A DNA stretch of 64,000 nucleotides from Protoeuglena noctilucae (taxonomy: Eukaryota), in NCBI GenBank assembly GCA_958009085.1, contig OY253675.1, positions 992,001 to 1,056,000 on the forward strand. Direction: 5' to 3'. The stretch's first letter is position 1. Every line of letters begins with the position of its first letter. Positions 1 to 11,100 of this stretch are shown in pieces. The notes under the pieces are model-generated. The model was not told the origin of the DNA, did no database searches, and saw only the letters and a list, made by a program, of their open reading frames with translations. Made by a program: the position numbers and the translations under genes.

Positions 1-2101
1 ACCCCTCGCCCAGGCGCTTGGAAGCGTCACCCATCGAGATGCCAGGCGTGGCAGCCCGCACCGCAGGCCCGTGCTCCAGGCAGTAGAAGACGAAAGCCCC
101 CCGGGGCCGTTTGATGTGCCGCAGGGGGTCCGGCGCCGCCCCTGACTCGGGGCCTGACTCAGCGTCGCCCGCGTCAAACGACTGTGTCAGGGACGCCTTG
201 GGGGGGTCCTCGGCGCGGGGCCTGCAGAGAGGGACGGGGCAGATCGTGTGAATGTGACTAAGTGACTGGATGACAGAGGCTGAGCTGTCAGTTGCGTGCA
301 TGTCAGCAAGCAGACCCCAACCCACCAATATGCAGCAACCACCCCCCCCCTTGCCTGCTCACATCCACTCGCCTACACCTTTACGCCCTCTCCTCCCCAG
401 CGACCTCACCTCCCCCGCCCCCTCGCAGCTTGGCCCCTCCCACCCGCGCCCCTGCCCCTCCCGCCGCCCCTGCCCCCCGTGCCCCTCAATCGTTTCTTGT
501 CCACCCACTCCACCGCCGCCTCCATCGTGACCTCCCTCCCCGCCTCTGCCCATGCCTTGGGCACCGTGGCCATCACCCCCTCGTGCTCCACATAGGGACC
601 GTACTTGCCTGCCTTGAGGTACATGCTCCCGCCGCGGTCGGGGTGCGTACCCAGCAGCTGACCCTTCTGCAAGGCGCCAGGCAGGGTGAGGTGACGGTGT
701 GCGAGCTGTGTACATGATAGTGGTGCACAGGAAGCGACGTGTAAGGCCACCAACCGCGGTTTGGCAAAAGCCGACGGTGGTTGTGTGGCCGCAGCTGTGA
801 ACAGAGCGAATGAAAGGGACGAAACGAATGAGTTGCATCTTGCAGACATGTTCCGTATCACATTGACGCATCCCCGTGCCACCATCCCACCCTGTCCCTC
901 GCCTTGAGCGTGAAGAGCTCCGCCACTTGCGCCGCAGTCGCGGTGGTGGGGTCCCATGCCTCGGGGCAGTTGGCCCTCTCGAGACCACTCGGGGTGTCCA
1001 TCTCAAAGTACACGCCGTAGGGGCCGTTCTTGGCCACCATCCTGCGAGGTTGGTATGCAGGGGGGGCAGTGAGTGTACAGCCACACACGCATCGCCACGC
1101 ACAACCACATTCCAGCCCACACCCCCCTACCATCACACGTTCCCTCGCCTGTACCCCGTCTCTGAGTGCAGCCCCACGTCGCGCGGCAGCCCCGGGTCCC
1201 TCCCCTCCGCCATCGCCCGCTGCACCTCCGGCCACCCGCTGCCCAGCACCGGCAGAGAGAAGTTGCAGTCCCCCGGGCCAGGCACCCCCTCGTCACTCCC
1301 CCCATCTAACGCCTGGCTCGGGTGCTTGTCATGCGAAACCCCGTTCGTTCCCTGTGCATGTGCCTGTTCCTCTTTTTGTGGCTGATCTCCCTTGGGTGTC
1401 TTTTTGCGGAAGTTGCTGCATCCCAGGAAGGGCGCCCCCGTCTTTAAGACCTTGAGCTCCAGGCGACCGGTGCGGCACCTGCGAATAGTGTCGGGAGAAG
1501 GGAGGTGTTTGAACTTATGACTAGCAGCCAGGTTGCCACTGCAGACAACGCGCGGCTGAGTGGGCAGGGCGCACCCACACCCACACCCACACTGTTACCC
1601 ACACCCACACCCACACTGCTACCCGCACCCGCACCCACACCCACACTGCTACCCACACTGCTACCCACACCCACACCCACACTGCTACCCACACTGCTAC
1701 CCACACCCACACCCACACCCACACCCACACTGCTACCCACACTGCTACCCACACCCACACCCACACTGCTACCCACACTGCTACCCACACTGCTACCCAC
1801 ACCCACACTGCTACCCACACCCGCACCTGGGGCACGCCCGTGGGTCGCTGCCGTCCTCCCTCGCCAGAAACAGCTGCGGCGCCAGTCTCTCCGTCAGCCT
1901 CTCCAGTACCTGGGGTCGGTCGAAGCCCATGGCCCCACGCACCGCCCCCTCGAACGGCTGCCAGAAACCCCCAAGCACGTCGCGCCACGCGGCCGCACCG
2001 CCGCTCACGTCGTCCAGCGACCGCTCCATGTCCGCCGTGAACTGCGGTGGTAGTGAGGGTGGTGGTGGTGAGGGTGAGGGTGATGGTGAGAGTGATGGTG
2101 A

Positions 2102-2176
<75 letters not shown>

Positions 2177-5146
2177 TGAGGGTGAGGGTGAGAGTGAGGG
2201 TGAGGGACTCCGCTCACGACACCCATGCCCCACTCGCCTCGTATTCGACGTACTGCCCGAAGAACTCCTTCAGGAACTCCGTGGTGACCCTCCCAAGTGT
2301 AGTGGGCACCAACGGAGCACGCCCGCCTCTCCTGGGGTGCACGTAGCCCCTCCTCTCCAGCATTGCTACGGTAGATGCATACGTGGATGGCCGACCAATG
2401 CCCAGCTCTTCCATAGCCTTGACCAGCGAGGCGTCGTTGTACCGGGGGGGCGGTGACGACACGTGCTCCGTAATGCGGACGCTCACCACGGGAAGGGACT
2501 GGGGCAGGGGAGAGGGGAGGGGGTGAGGGGTGGGATGGGAGTTGGCTGTGCAGGGCAGTGTGCGGGGCAGACTGTGCGGGTGAGGCTGAATGGGTGCTGG
2601 CATGTATCATTATGGGTGAGACGACCACACAGGAGATGCACTCATGAATAACAACTTGACCATGTCACAACAGCCGCTGATACTGCCAGCACAGCACACA
2701 GCACACTGCGCGTCTCACGTCTCCCTCCGCCAGTCTCCGGACCTCCGCGCCCCCTCCGCTGCCCCCTCCCTCGTCCCACTCCTCCCCCTCACCCCCCTCG
2801 TTGCCCCCCTCAGTTCCCTGCGCATTGCTGGCCCCCTCCCCCGCCCCATCCGCCCCATCTCCCTCCCCGCCCTGGCTGGCCAAGGGCCGAATCCTGATGA
2901 CAGAAAGAACAAGGCCAACAGTGTTGTATCATACATTCGGAGATTGAATGGTTATACATCTGCTGCACTGCAGTCGCCCTCTTGATGCCCTACATGTACC
3001 ATCCACCCCTCGCTTGCTCTCACCTGTTCACCGCCAGGTACCCGTCAAACATCTCTTCATCTCCTCTCTCACCTGTTCACCGCCAGGTATCCGTCAAACA
3101 TCTCATCCGTCCCCGACACCCGCAGCGTCACGCCCCCCGCCACCATCTCCGCCGTCGCCGTCTCAAACTGGGCAGGCGCCATCTGGCACGCCACCGCCCT
3201 GCGCCACACCAGGTCGTACAGCGCCGCCTGCTCCCGCGTCAGCCCGTGCGTCTCTGGCACCGCCCAGGGCAAGGTACCCGGCCGCGTGGGGCGGATCGCC
3301 TCGTGTGCCTCCTGGGCGTTCTTGGCGCGTGACTTGTACGCAGTGGGAGCGGCCGGGAGGTGCCTAGGCGAGAAGAGCGACGCGATCTGCTCGCGGATGG
3401 CGTCGACGGCGGACGCGGCCAGGTTGGTCCCGTCCGTGCGGGGGTAGGTGATGAGGCCCTCGGTGCCATCCGTGCCCTCGTAGAGCTTCTGAGTGAAGAA
3501 AAGGGATACGAAGCGGCATGGTATCGCATGCTGCAGGCAGAACAGAGACCCGGTCCCACCTCGTCGCTGGGTGGGGCACTACACCCAGTAATAGCTTCCC
3601 ACGTCGCTCCCATCCATGTGCTCGCCTGGGCGGTGGTCGAGGTGAACGACGAGCTGAAGCCCAGGGCCCCCTGCGCGCTCTGCAGGAGCGATGAGGTGAC
3701 GAAGGGGGGCGGCGGGCGGCGTGATCTCTGAGACCGGCGTGTGGATGTCACAGTCGCCAGCGCACCCCGGAGAGCGGAGGCCGCCGCCTCCGCCGCGCCC
3801 GCAGAGTCGAAGGAACTGCCCGCGCCGAGCTTCTGCGAGTAAGGGACGTCATTTGGAAATCCCCCAGCCTCGCCTCGTCCCAGCCAGGCTAGGGCTGTGG
3901 TAGGTCCCAAGGCCAACCGCGGATGATGCGCGAGGACATGCGCATGGAAGCACCGGCCAGACAGTGAGAACGCAGCAGCATCGCACCTGTCCGTCCGCGG
4001 CCACGACCCTCGCGGTCAACACGGCCCCCGAGGGCGTGCGGACGTCCACGGCGACACGCCAGAAGGGCGTGGGCACGAACGCCTCGATCTGCGCCTCCCT
4101 CTCGCAGACGAGGCGCAGCGCGACGCTCTGCACGCGCCCCGCGCTCTTCCCCGCGCACCCCGGCACCTTCTGCCACAGTACGGGCGACACGGAGAAGCCC
4201 ACCAGGTAGTCGAGACCCAGCCGGGCGCGGTACGCGTCGACCAGGTCCGCGCTGATCTCGCGCGGGTTGCGGAGAGCTTCAACAATGGCGTCCCGCGTCA
4301 CTTCCGTGAACGTCACGCGGCGCACGGGGCGGTCGCCCAGCGCCCCCGACGCACGCAGCACGTCGTGAACATGCCACGAGATGGCCTCGCCCTCGCGGTC
4401 TGCGGGGAGCCATGGAACAACCTAAAGTTTGATAAAGGCATACGATGAGAGGCCATGGGGCGCGCGGAAGGGACAAGCGGGGACGTGGGGAGCCCTGAAC
4501 ACATTGCATGACCCCCGGCCTGCGCCCCCTGTCGCCTCACCGGGGTCGGTGGCGAGTATAAGGTCATCGCAACCCTGGAGGGCCCTCGCGATCTCCGTCA
4601 TCCGCGGCACTGCTCGGGCGATGGGCTCCCACTCCATGCGGAAGGCGTCGGTGGGGTCCACGGCGCCGTTCCGGGCCGGAAGGTGCCGCACGTGGCCCTC
4701 TGTAGCAATGACGATGTACTGCAGAGGACGAACCGGCGGCAGGATGCAGCTGGAGGGAGCGGCGGGCCATGGAAGCACAGGGTCGAGCGTCACTGCGCGC
4801 TCCAGCACTCCTCCCGCTGTCGCGCTGTCCCGATGGTCACCTTATCTCCCAGAAACTTGCCAATCTTCCCTGCCTTGGCGTTGGATTCGACGACCAGCAG
4901 CGTGCGGCCCGTTGTGGCCGGCGCGCCCACCGGGGCCCGTGGAGGGAGCTCCGAAGCCTGGGCCAGCGACCGCACCGACGTGTTGCGGCGATAGAATGGC
5001 GAAGCATGTGACCAGAAAGTGGCTCGGCGATCGCTAAAGGCGGACTGGGAGGCCGCGCGAGGACAACTGCACGCGTGGGCTAGCGGCTGAGCACCCGGCC
5101 TCCAGAGCGCGCCGTCCACGGCGGCTCTGGCAGCGATGGAAAGCAT
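1..5146 (-). CDS. topA: Bacterial-type (type IA) DNA topoisomerase I, probably organelle-targeted, multi-exon, with C-terminal Toprim-C repeats and an HMG-box-like domain; 3' end runs off the window
   Basis: Spliced motifs: TOPRIM LLVVESNAKAGKIGKFLG, ATEGHV, LATDPDREGEAISWH, SAGRVQSVALRL, TAQKLYEG, catalytic GLITYPRTDG, AHEAIRP, GIGRPSTYA, EYEFTADMERSLD, and repeats LPRDVGLHSETG..KNGPYGVY / LGTHPD..GKYGPYV. Ala/Arg/Ser-rich N-terminus from ATG 5146 (start inferred). Confidence 0.93.
1575..1825. repeat. Intronic minisatellite built from CCACAC and CTGCTACCCACA modules
   Basis: Directly visible tandem array in the 5' part of a topA intron (sense GTGTGG / GTAGCAGTGTGG); it generates the spurious HPHCYP / VWVWVA ORFs. 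Confidence 0.95.
2050..2205. repeat. Intronic hexamer microsatellite (GAGGGT/GAGAGT)n; sense (CCCTCA/CTCTCA)n upstream of the acceptor
   Basis: Visible array lying between the GC donor at 2237 and the acceptor near 2049 of topA. Confidence 0.95.
3017..3104 (-). repeat. 39-nt duplication of a topA exon 3' end plus its GTGAG donor inside the intron
   Basis: 3017-3055 and 3066-3104 differ at one position (a synonymous GGA/GGG change). Confidence 0.95.
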
Positions 5147-5571
5147 ACTGCTGAAGTTATCTGGGGAAATCCAAGCGGGCCTCGAAAGAGCCGCCAGCGC
5201 GCTGGAGGGTCCCACCAAAGACTGTGTTGCAAGGGCCGGACCGCGCGCGGCGCGTAAGGCGGAGAGAAAACGCGACGCCGGACTGAGATTGCGCCACAAG
5301 CGCGCGGCCCGGTTGTCAAAGCTCCGGCGAAGGCAAATGGCTAATGGCAGCAGCACAGTACAGGGCCTTCTCCTCAGGGTGCAAGGCCTGGTGCCCGCTT
5401 GGCCCGGCACAAACGCCTGGATGGGCGTATTGTCAGCGGCGCGAGGTCACATGCACCAATCAATGCGCGGCGATGCACGCCAAGTGCCAGTGCTCTGGCA
5501 CAGAGTCGCTGTCGTCATCGTCCATGTCATTAAACACATAACATACGCCAAACCCCTTCTCTCCCCACTGG

Positions 5572-7159
5572 CTAGCGCATCATGAATGCGTCCTCGTCAC
5601 TACTGCCCTCATCGTTCCCCTGACCAGCCCCGCTCCCCCCTCCCACTGTGTGCCCCGCCCCAGACGGCCCCGCCGATGGGCCCTCCACCTCGTCCCCATC
5701 CTCTTTCCACACCGCACCCGCCTTAATCCCCTCCTCGCTCACCATCTCAAACGACCCCACCTCCTCAGACGATGTCTCCCCCTCGCCCTCCCCCGCCCCC
5801 TCACCGCCCTCGCCCCCACCACCCTCGCCGCCCGCCCTCCGCCGCTTCCGCTCCCTCCGCCGCCGCTCCGCCGCCATCTCCCGCTCCTCCTCGGCCATCG
5901 CATCGAAGTCCGAGTCCGCATCCTCATCATATGACGAGCCCTCACTGTCGCCGCTACCCCCATGCCCCTCCCCGCCCTCCCCACCCTCCCCGCTGCCCTC
6001 CGACTCGTCCCCCGACTCTGGCGGAGCACCCAGCGCCACCTTGCCCGCCGCAGCCCACCCAGCGACCGCGGCGGCGTGCTCGGCGCCCACATTCATGAAG
6101 TCGTGCATGGTCCCCTCGTGGTCGTACACTCGGACGTCGAAGGTCCGGCTGGCCGTGCCGTGCCGCGGGAGCTCGATGCAGCGCACGCTGGTCAGGCGGA
6201 GCAGCGTCGGGGGCGTCGGGACGAAGCAGACGGCGCCGGGGAGCAGGAACAGCTGTCCCTCCTTGATCCCGCCCCGCGCATAGCTGCAGGGGAGCGAGTT
6301 CTTGCCTGCGGTCGAAGGCGGGAGGGATTCGGCAGCTTAGTTGCATTGCGGAGCATGCCATGCAGGTGCCATGTGTGTTTTGCGATTCGGGAGCCGCCGC
6401 GGAGGGCCGCTGCGGGCGCGGCACCTGATGCTGGGCGGAAGATGCGAGGGTCCGGACCGAGGAAGCGGTCTCCGGGGACGCCGAGAGTGGCCAGAAGTTC
6501 GCAGAAGACGATAGATGCTTGCTTGGGCGCCGGCAAGGCCCCGTCGGGGCCCACGTTGGCGGCTGGGAGCGTCTCGTTCGGCAGCGTCTGCGAGCGCTTG
6601 ATGAAAGCCGTTTTGCGGCTCGCAGCGGCCGCCAATGACGATCCCTCTAGGCGTGATGTCTGTCTCTCACCTGGATGAGTACGTTGCGGAGGGTCTGCTT
6701 GCCGTACGTGGCCTCGGCGCCAGGGCGCAGGGCGAGGAGCACGTAGACTTTGCCGGCCGTGTCGTTCGCGATCCGGTCGAGGACAGCGACCGCATCAAAA
6801 TCTCGCACGGGCACGATCAGCGATTGCTTGGGTCCGGAGAAGCGGAGGGCGTCGCGCGACGCGGAGGCGTCGAGACGAGCCCTCGGCGCAACAAGGGACA
6901 CGGGGCCGCCGCTCCAGAACGCCTCCCCCACGCTCGCGGCGCCGTTGTCACGGCCATCACTCTGTTCGTTCCGAACATGCTCGTTGGCATCGGCGTCGCG
7001 TCGCGACTTGGCCTCCCGGATCGTGGCGAGCACAGCGTGTATCAGCGTCGCATCCTCAGCGCCCCGGACGGCCGTCAGGAGCGCTTCGACCGTCTTCCAT
7101 CCCTGGACCTCGGCCGCAAGCTCGTCCATGGCCTTTGAGGAGCCAGGCATGCCAGGCAT
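5572..7159 (-). CDS. Rtt106/SSRP1-like PH-domain histone chaperone with acidic tail and NLS (3 exons)
   Basis: Spliced FRPASGKNSLPCSYARGGIKEGQLFLLPGAVCFVPTPPTLL..SVRCIEL..TASRTFDVRV..HDFMNV resembles the Rtt106-like domain; D/E-rich tail with DSDF and RRRRERKRRR. Confidence 0.7.
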
Positions 7160-8138
7160 AGGCGCTAAGCAGTTTTGCAGACGTATATCTCCATCAGCTT
7201 TGCCTAGTCTGTCTTTTCGACGAATCGGACGCCGTAATGTTTGGCACTGTTATTGTCGGCATTCAACGACATGTGTGAGCAAGACAAGGCCGTTGCAACA
7301 CAGACGGCCACGCCAGAGTCTAGCAGAGCGCCAGCAAGCATGGGTGTGGGGCCTTGGCAGAAAGGCGCGGTGGGTCGTGAGTGCCACGAGCCAGCGCGCA
7401 GCATTGTTTGGCCATATGAACGCCATAAAGTCCGGGCCCGGGCATGCATTGAGTGGTAGGGCACTCCAGGCTTGGGAAGGAAAGGCACAAGTCCCGCTGC
7501 TACAGGAACGCACCGTGAAGCGTTAGAGAGCAAGGGTAGCCAAACGGCAGCGGGGACATGTCCGGCGATGCAAGTCCGCCCTCGCAAGGGCGGACGGCCC
7601 GCAAGTCCGGCCCAGGGCCAATCGCCCGGGCGAAAAGGATCTACGTGCATGCACTACCACAGTGGGTACGTTTACGGGGCAAGACGGGCCAGGAAGGTTA
7701 GCCCCGGGGCGCTGGGAGACGGACAGGCGCCCTTTGCACAACGGGCGCCTGCCCTGCGCCATGGTACCCGGTCTGTTGTCATTCTGAGCCACGACCCCAG
7801 GAAAGAGAAAAACAGGGCTGCGACGCCGGGACCAGAAAGGTTGCTGTGCAGAGTCCCGACGTCTATGCCGTCCATCAAACCCCCAACTAGCGCTGCATTC
7901 GCCAAAAAAGACCCCTTGGGTCGAAAAGAGCCGCACGCACGGTGCACGCATGTCGGGGGTGAAGCGTGCCGCACGCCGCGATATACAAAAACCTCCTGAC
8001 ACTTCCCGAAACCTCCTACGTCCGCAATAAAAGATATAGCCCGTCTCAGGGCAGGGAGTGCACCTGACAAAGCACCCTGCATGGCTCTGCGCCAACCCTC
8101 GCCATACGCCATCCAAGCTGCACCAGGCACGCACCCAT

Positions 8139-11100
8139 CTAATGCGGTAGACGAAGCGCCGCCCCGGGATGCACCGGCCCCGCGCCGTGTCTGCCAGGCG
8201 CAGAGGCGGGGGCTGCCGACCCCCCCATCCCCCCCATCGCCCCCATCGCCTGGCCCTGCAAGACACGGCCCCCAGCCTGGCCGGCAGTCTGGCTCTGGTA
8301 GGCCGCGGCGGACATGGCGGCGGGGCTGACCGCGTAGTAGACGCCCTGCGACCCTGGCGCTTGGTGCTGCGCCTGTCGCAGTAAGGCCAGCTGCTGGGCC
8401 TGGGCCATCTGCGCCTGGGACCACTGCAGCTGAGCCATCTGGGCTTGCGCCACCTGAGCTTGGGCCATCTGGGCCTGGGCCACCTGGGCCTGAGTCATGG
8501 GGCGGGACCCCTGAGTCAGGTGTGCCTGCGCCTGCGCCAGGGCCTGCATCTGCTGTAACTGCTGCACCTGGTGGGCCTGGGCCATGTGCATCTGCATCGC
8601 CAGCGCAGGGCTGACGCCCACAGAAGCACCGCCCATCGCACCGCCCATCGTCGCGACAGGCACCGCCACACCAGCGCCCGCGTGCCAACCCATCCCCCCT
8701 CCCACGCTTCCCATCGCAAAGCCCGCCACCGGCGCGCCCCCGTACGCCACAGCCACGGCCCCCGAGTTGGGCGCCATATGCATGGGCTGCATGCCGCCAG
8801 ACACCACCGCGTACCCCCCAGGCCCCACAGCCCCGCCCTGCTCCCCCTTTGCCCCACGCTCTGAGATTCGTTTGGGCGCGCCAGCTCCCGACGCCACCGC
8901 ACCCGTCGCACCTGCCTCAGACCCCCTCCCAGCCACGCCTGTGTCGCCTCCCTCAGGCCCACCCTCCTCGTCAGCCCCACCCCCGTCCGCCCAGGCATGC
9001 ACCGACGCAAGGACACCTCCGCTTACATTCGCCTTTGCCCCGTCCGACAGGGGTGGCGTGGGCGGCGCGGGTGGCGCGGGTGGTGGTGGGCCGTGGGGTG
9101 GTGGCGGTGGGGAGGGCGGAGGAGCGGGCGCAGCGAAGGGGGTGCCGTGGAACTGGGCCGCGAGAGCAGAGGACACGCGCCCGGGAGGCCCTCCAATCAT
9201 GGCGGGGGGCACTCCCAGCGAGTGGCTGCGCTGCAGGCCCTGGCTGAGGCGGGGGCCGGGGGCCGGTGCGGGGCCTCTCGCCCCGTCTGCTGTGCCGGGC
9301 GGGGGCGGCATAGGCGGGGGCGGCGGGAGGCTTCGCAGTGCGCTGCCGACGGGCGCAGGTGCGGCCGCGGCGTTGGCGAGGGCCATCTGCGCGACGGCCG
9401 GGGCGAGGGAGTTGGGGGTGACGGTGCGTGAGGCGAGGACGGCGCTGAGGGGGCGGGTGAAGCCGTCGTGGTTGCCTCGGAAGGAGGAAGAAGACGCCAG
9501 GGACGATCCCCCTCCCCGGGCCCCGAAGGAGTTGGCGCCAGAGTAGGTGGTGCCAGAGTATGTGGTGCCAGAGTAGGTGCCAGTGCCAGAGTAGGTGCCG
9601 GGGAATCCCAGGTGGTGCGGGGACCGAGCGAAGGAGCTCGAGGCGGAGGGTAGCGTCGACAGAGTGGACCCGGGAGTGCTGGGGCGGCCCCCCGAGGGCG
9701 TGGTGGCCCAACTGGCCTGGCTGGGCAGGCTGGGGATGCTGGGGATGCTGGTTTGAGAAGGGATGCTGGGGTGTCGGGGGAGCGAGCCGACGGTGGAGAG
9801 GGTGCGGGAGGTGGGGGAGGGGCACTTGGCGGGGGAAGTGGCCTCGAGGAGGTCGCGCACGGCCGCCTGGGGGGGTGGCAGAGGGGGTGGATGGTGGGTG
9901 GGTGACATGGGGGGAGTGAGAGGGGGGCATGGGGAGCGTGAACAGATTGACAACGAACAGCTTGGGTGCCGTGCGACAATCAACCGCCCTTGCACGCCCA
10001 ACCCTCAACCCACCTCTGCTCACCACGACTGCCCTCATCCACCCCCACCCCAGCACTGCTCACCACGAGTGGCCTTGCCGCCTCGTCGATGTCTTCCCCG
10101 GGGTTGGCCGCCTTGCGGTGCAGCAGCGCCGACAGATGCGCCCGCACCGCCCCCACGACCCCCACCACCCCCGTCGTGGCGTTGAACAACACCAAGTCCC
10201 CCAGCACCGCCAGGCAAACCTCGGACCGGCCTGGGACGGGGCGCACGGTCCCCCCGAACAGCACCAGGGCCCAGTCAGGGACCACCGTCAGCGTGACCAG
10301 GAAAATGCCGCCCCCGCCCTTGCGGACCTTCTGGGGGAATGGGAAGAGGTGAGGGAGAGGTCAGGGAGGGTGTGAGGGTGGGGAGAGAGAGTTGAGGAGA
10401 TGGGGAGAGGTGAGGGAGGGTGTGAGGGTGGGGAGAGAGAGTTGAGGAGATGGGGAGAGGTGACGAAGGGAGAGGAGAATAGAGAGGGTGGGGAGAGAAG
10501 GGCCGAGCTGGGAGCGGTGGTGGGTGTTGTCTCTTTCTAAGAGAGAACAGACAGTTAGCCACCAGGTGCACAGTTACTATGCTGCTTTGAGTACTGGTAA
10601 CGTTGCGTTGCTCTCTCCCCATCCAAACACCCACAGACAGTCAGCCACCCCATCATGGCCGCGTGCCATTGCCAATCGCAGCCCCCAACACTCGCCTGGG
10701 AGTAGGCGGCGAAGTTGGCCTGGATGTCGTCTCTGTGGGCGTTGAGGACCGAGTTGGGGTGCAGCTCCACGCGGCCGTCGTCCTGCGATGGCATGGGAAC
10801 CGAGCGGAGATGGGCATGATGGGCCGGGGTGGTGAGGGTGCCGGGAATGACATGGGCGGGAGTGACTGTTTGTGTTATGCTGTGTAGGCTATCCCGATCA
10901 TCGGGATATTGGCAACAGCTCGTGTGGCACGTGTGTTGGTCACAGCCACCATAGGCACTACCATAGCTGCCATCATAGGTCCGTCCCTACACCTCCACCC
11001 ATCGTCATCGTCGCACGCCTCGCCTTGGTGCGGAATGCGGCCCTGTTCCTCTTCTGCTCGACGATGGCCACGTTGGGGTACATCCCCGCGCATATGACCG

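Noticed and set aside
1444..2456. Long ORFs with HPHCYP, PTPTLL, VWVWVA, VRVRVR and ESEGEG repeats
   Set aside because: They are translations of intronic mini/microsatellites inside topA.
7688..7822. AGGAAGGTTAGCCCCGG and AAACAGGGCT resemble RNase MRP CR-I/CR-V; CTGTTTTTCTC (minus) resembles a telomerase pseudoknot
   Set aside because: Spacing and consensus fit poorly, wobble polarity favours the strand opposite the MRP-like match, and there is no convincing telomere template. Kept only as an unassigned structured candidate.
8030..8042. AAGATATAGCC resembles the group I intron S element
   Set aside because: No complementary R element or P/Q motifs found upstream.
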